Shown one piece after another: positions 62,724 to 64,000 of a stretch of 64,000 bases of DNA. Under the pieces are notes generated by a model, which was not told the origin of the DNA, did not search any database, and saw only the letters and a list, made by a program, of their open reading frames with translations. Source of the DNA: an uncultured cyanobacterium (lineage in GTDB: Bacteria; Cyanobacteriota; Cyanobacteriia; Cyanobacteriales; Nostocaceae); contig OY970166.1 of NCBI GenBank assembly GCA_963706595.1, positions 1,600,001-1,664,000 on the forward strand, in the 5' to 3' direction. How positions within the stretch are numbered: position 1 is the first letter of the stretch; each line of letters starts with the position of its first letter. The position numbers and the translations under genes are program-made.

Positions 62724-63221
62724 ATGGTGTCTCCCCAACCCATTAACCCTGCTCCCGGACAAGAATCAGTGTGGGATTACCCCCGTCCCCCTCGCCTAGA
62801 AGACACAAGCAAACATATTCAAATCATCTTTAATGAAGTCATAATTGCGGACACCCACAACGCCAAGCGAGTATTAGAAACCAGTCATCCACCGGGTTAC
62901 TACATTCCCCCTGCGGATATTAAAATGGAACACCTAATACGGATGCCAAAATCCAGTTTTTGTGAATGGAAAGGCTCTGCTGGTTACTACACCATCCGCG
63001 TAGGTGATAAAGAAGCACAGAATGCAGCTTGGTTCTATCCCGACCCCACACCAACCTTTGCATCTATTAAAGATTACGTAGCATTTTATGCCCATCTCAT
63101 GGATGCTTGCTACGTCGATGGCGAAAAAGTTCAACCGCAACCCGGTAACTTTTACGGTGGTTGGGTTACGAATGATATTGTTGGACCATTCAAAGGTAGT
63201 CCTGGCACTTGGGGATGGTAA
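62724..63221 (+). CDS. DUF427 domain protein
   Basis: ESVWDYPRPP, VLETSHPP, CEWKG, FYGGW. Confidence 0.88.
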   Translation: MVSPQPINPAPGQESVWDYPRPPRLEDTSKHIQIIFNEVIIADTHNAKRVLETSHPPGYYIPPADIKMEHLIRMPKSSFCEWKGSAGYYTIRVGDKEAQNAAWFYPDPTPTFASIKDYVAFYAHLMDACYVDGEKVQPQPGNFYGGWVTNDIVGPFKGSPGTWGW

Positions 63222-63298
63222 TACAGTAGTAGAGACGTTCTATGGAACGTCTCTACTTTGTCGGAGATGTCTAATACTAAAATATGTTTGCACTTTCG

Positions 63299-63391
63299 TA
63301 AACTGGGTACTTCTACCACAAAGTAACCATCTTCACCAGGATATAACAGCACTTGACGCTTAAATTCGGCTTGAGATTTTGCCACTGTCAT
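63299..63391 (-). pseudogene. HicB-family antitoxin N-terminal fragment
   Basis: RQVLLYPGEDGYFVVEVPSL, after which similarity stops. Confidence 0.6.
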
Positions 63392-63478
63392 TACTCAACA
63401 CCTACTCAATTACTTCCTCAAATCTTAGCACTCATCTGGTATTGGCGACTTGCTGTGAAATAACATATAGCGCTATTA

Positions 63479-63493
63479 TGATAATGATTATCA
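63479..63493. promoter_or_regulatory. Zur (FurB) box
   Basis: TGATAATGATTATCA fits the TGATAATNATTATCA consensus, 21 bp before the ATG. Confidence 0.75.
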
Positions 63494-63514
63494 CTATATT
63501 TAAAAGATTTATTA

Positions 63515-64000
63515 ATGGATATTTATCCATCACAGTTACCCAGTCAAATTGACTTGGCGATTATCGGTGCTGGGCCTCATGCTTTAACTTTGGTAACGCA
63601 TCTGCTGCAAAAACGCCAAACTATGCGGGGGCGATTTTTGGTGTTTGACCCCAGTGGGACATGGATGAGTCGATGGCAACAACAATTTGCTGCTTTAGAT
63701 ATACCACATTTAAGATCGCCTGCCGTACATCATCCCGATCCTAATCCTTTCGCTTTGCGGAAATTTGCTGAGTCTCGCCCTGATGAGTTATTTCCTCCCT
63801 ACGATTTACCGGGAACTCAGCTTTTTGAGGATATGTGTGCAGATGTGATTCAACGCTGGGATTTACAAAATCAAGTTGTCAAGGCGGAAATAATCCGTCT
63901 TGAACCTTTATCTCAGGGTTTTCGGCTGTGGTTACATGATGGACGTTCTATCATAGCCCGACGGGTGGTACTGGCGACTGGAAGCGGTAAAATTCAGATA
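63515..64000 (+). CDS. FAD/NAD(P)-binding oxidoreductase (runs off the right edge)
   Basis: Manual translation MDIYPSQLPSQIDLAIIGAGPHAL...HLRSPAVHHPDP...VVLATG. Confidence 0.85.
   Translation, partial: MDIYPSQLPSQIDLAIIGAGPHALTLVTHLLQKRQTMRGRFLVFDPSGTWMSRWQQQFAALDIPHLRSPAVHHPDPNPFALRKFAESRPDELFPPYDLPGTQLFEDMCADVIQRWDLQNQVVKAEIIRLEPLSQGFRLWLHDGRSIIARRVVLATGSGKIQI

Noticed and set aside
63152..63391. Intact HicAB toxin-antitoxin module
   Set aside because: HicB similarity ends after about 31 codons and no hicA is seen
63425..63433. TTAGCACTC half-CIRCE
   Set aside because: No second arm at the 9-bp spacing

Overview
Chromosomal DNA from a heterocystous (Nostocales-type) cyanobacterium, judged by abundant HIP1 GCGATCGC octamers, heptamer tandem repeats and Nostoc-like genes. 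About 50 CDSs. Housekeeping genes include mnmE, ilvA, a GH38 alpha-mannosidase, a PlsC-type acyltransferase, an RNase D-like exonuclease and a DesC-type desaturase. There are three notable accessory blocks. (1) A CHAT-caspase/STAND-NTPase/TPR protein at 12.2-15.8 kb. (2) A ~14.5 kb arsenic/redox island at 24.3-38.7 kb: arsR-pstSCAB-arsM-arsS beside a SigK/RskA-like ECF pair with three matching promoters, driving thioredoxin-CcdA genes upstream of TVP38, peroxiredoxin and MerA-like genes. (3) An uncharacterised locus at 39.6-51 kb: a giant TPR-GT41(OGT)-FkbM enzyme, three Ser/Thr-rich secreted proteins all ending in -ALD, and a 1106-aa probable outer-membrane protein, proposed here as a glycosylated surface-protein/fibre secretion system. 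Also seen: a 135-aa gene bracketed by inverted recombinase-like sites, three MITE families (some nested), ~24-nt micro-insertions within genes, a CIRCE box away from any chaperone gene, a Zur box and several pseudogenes. No rRNA, tRNA or CRISPR array was recognised. All calls come from reading motifs by eye; no database searches were run.
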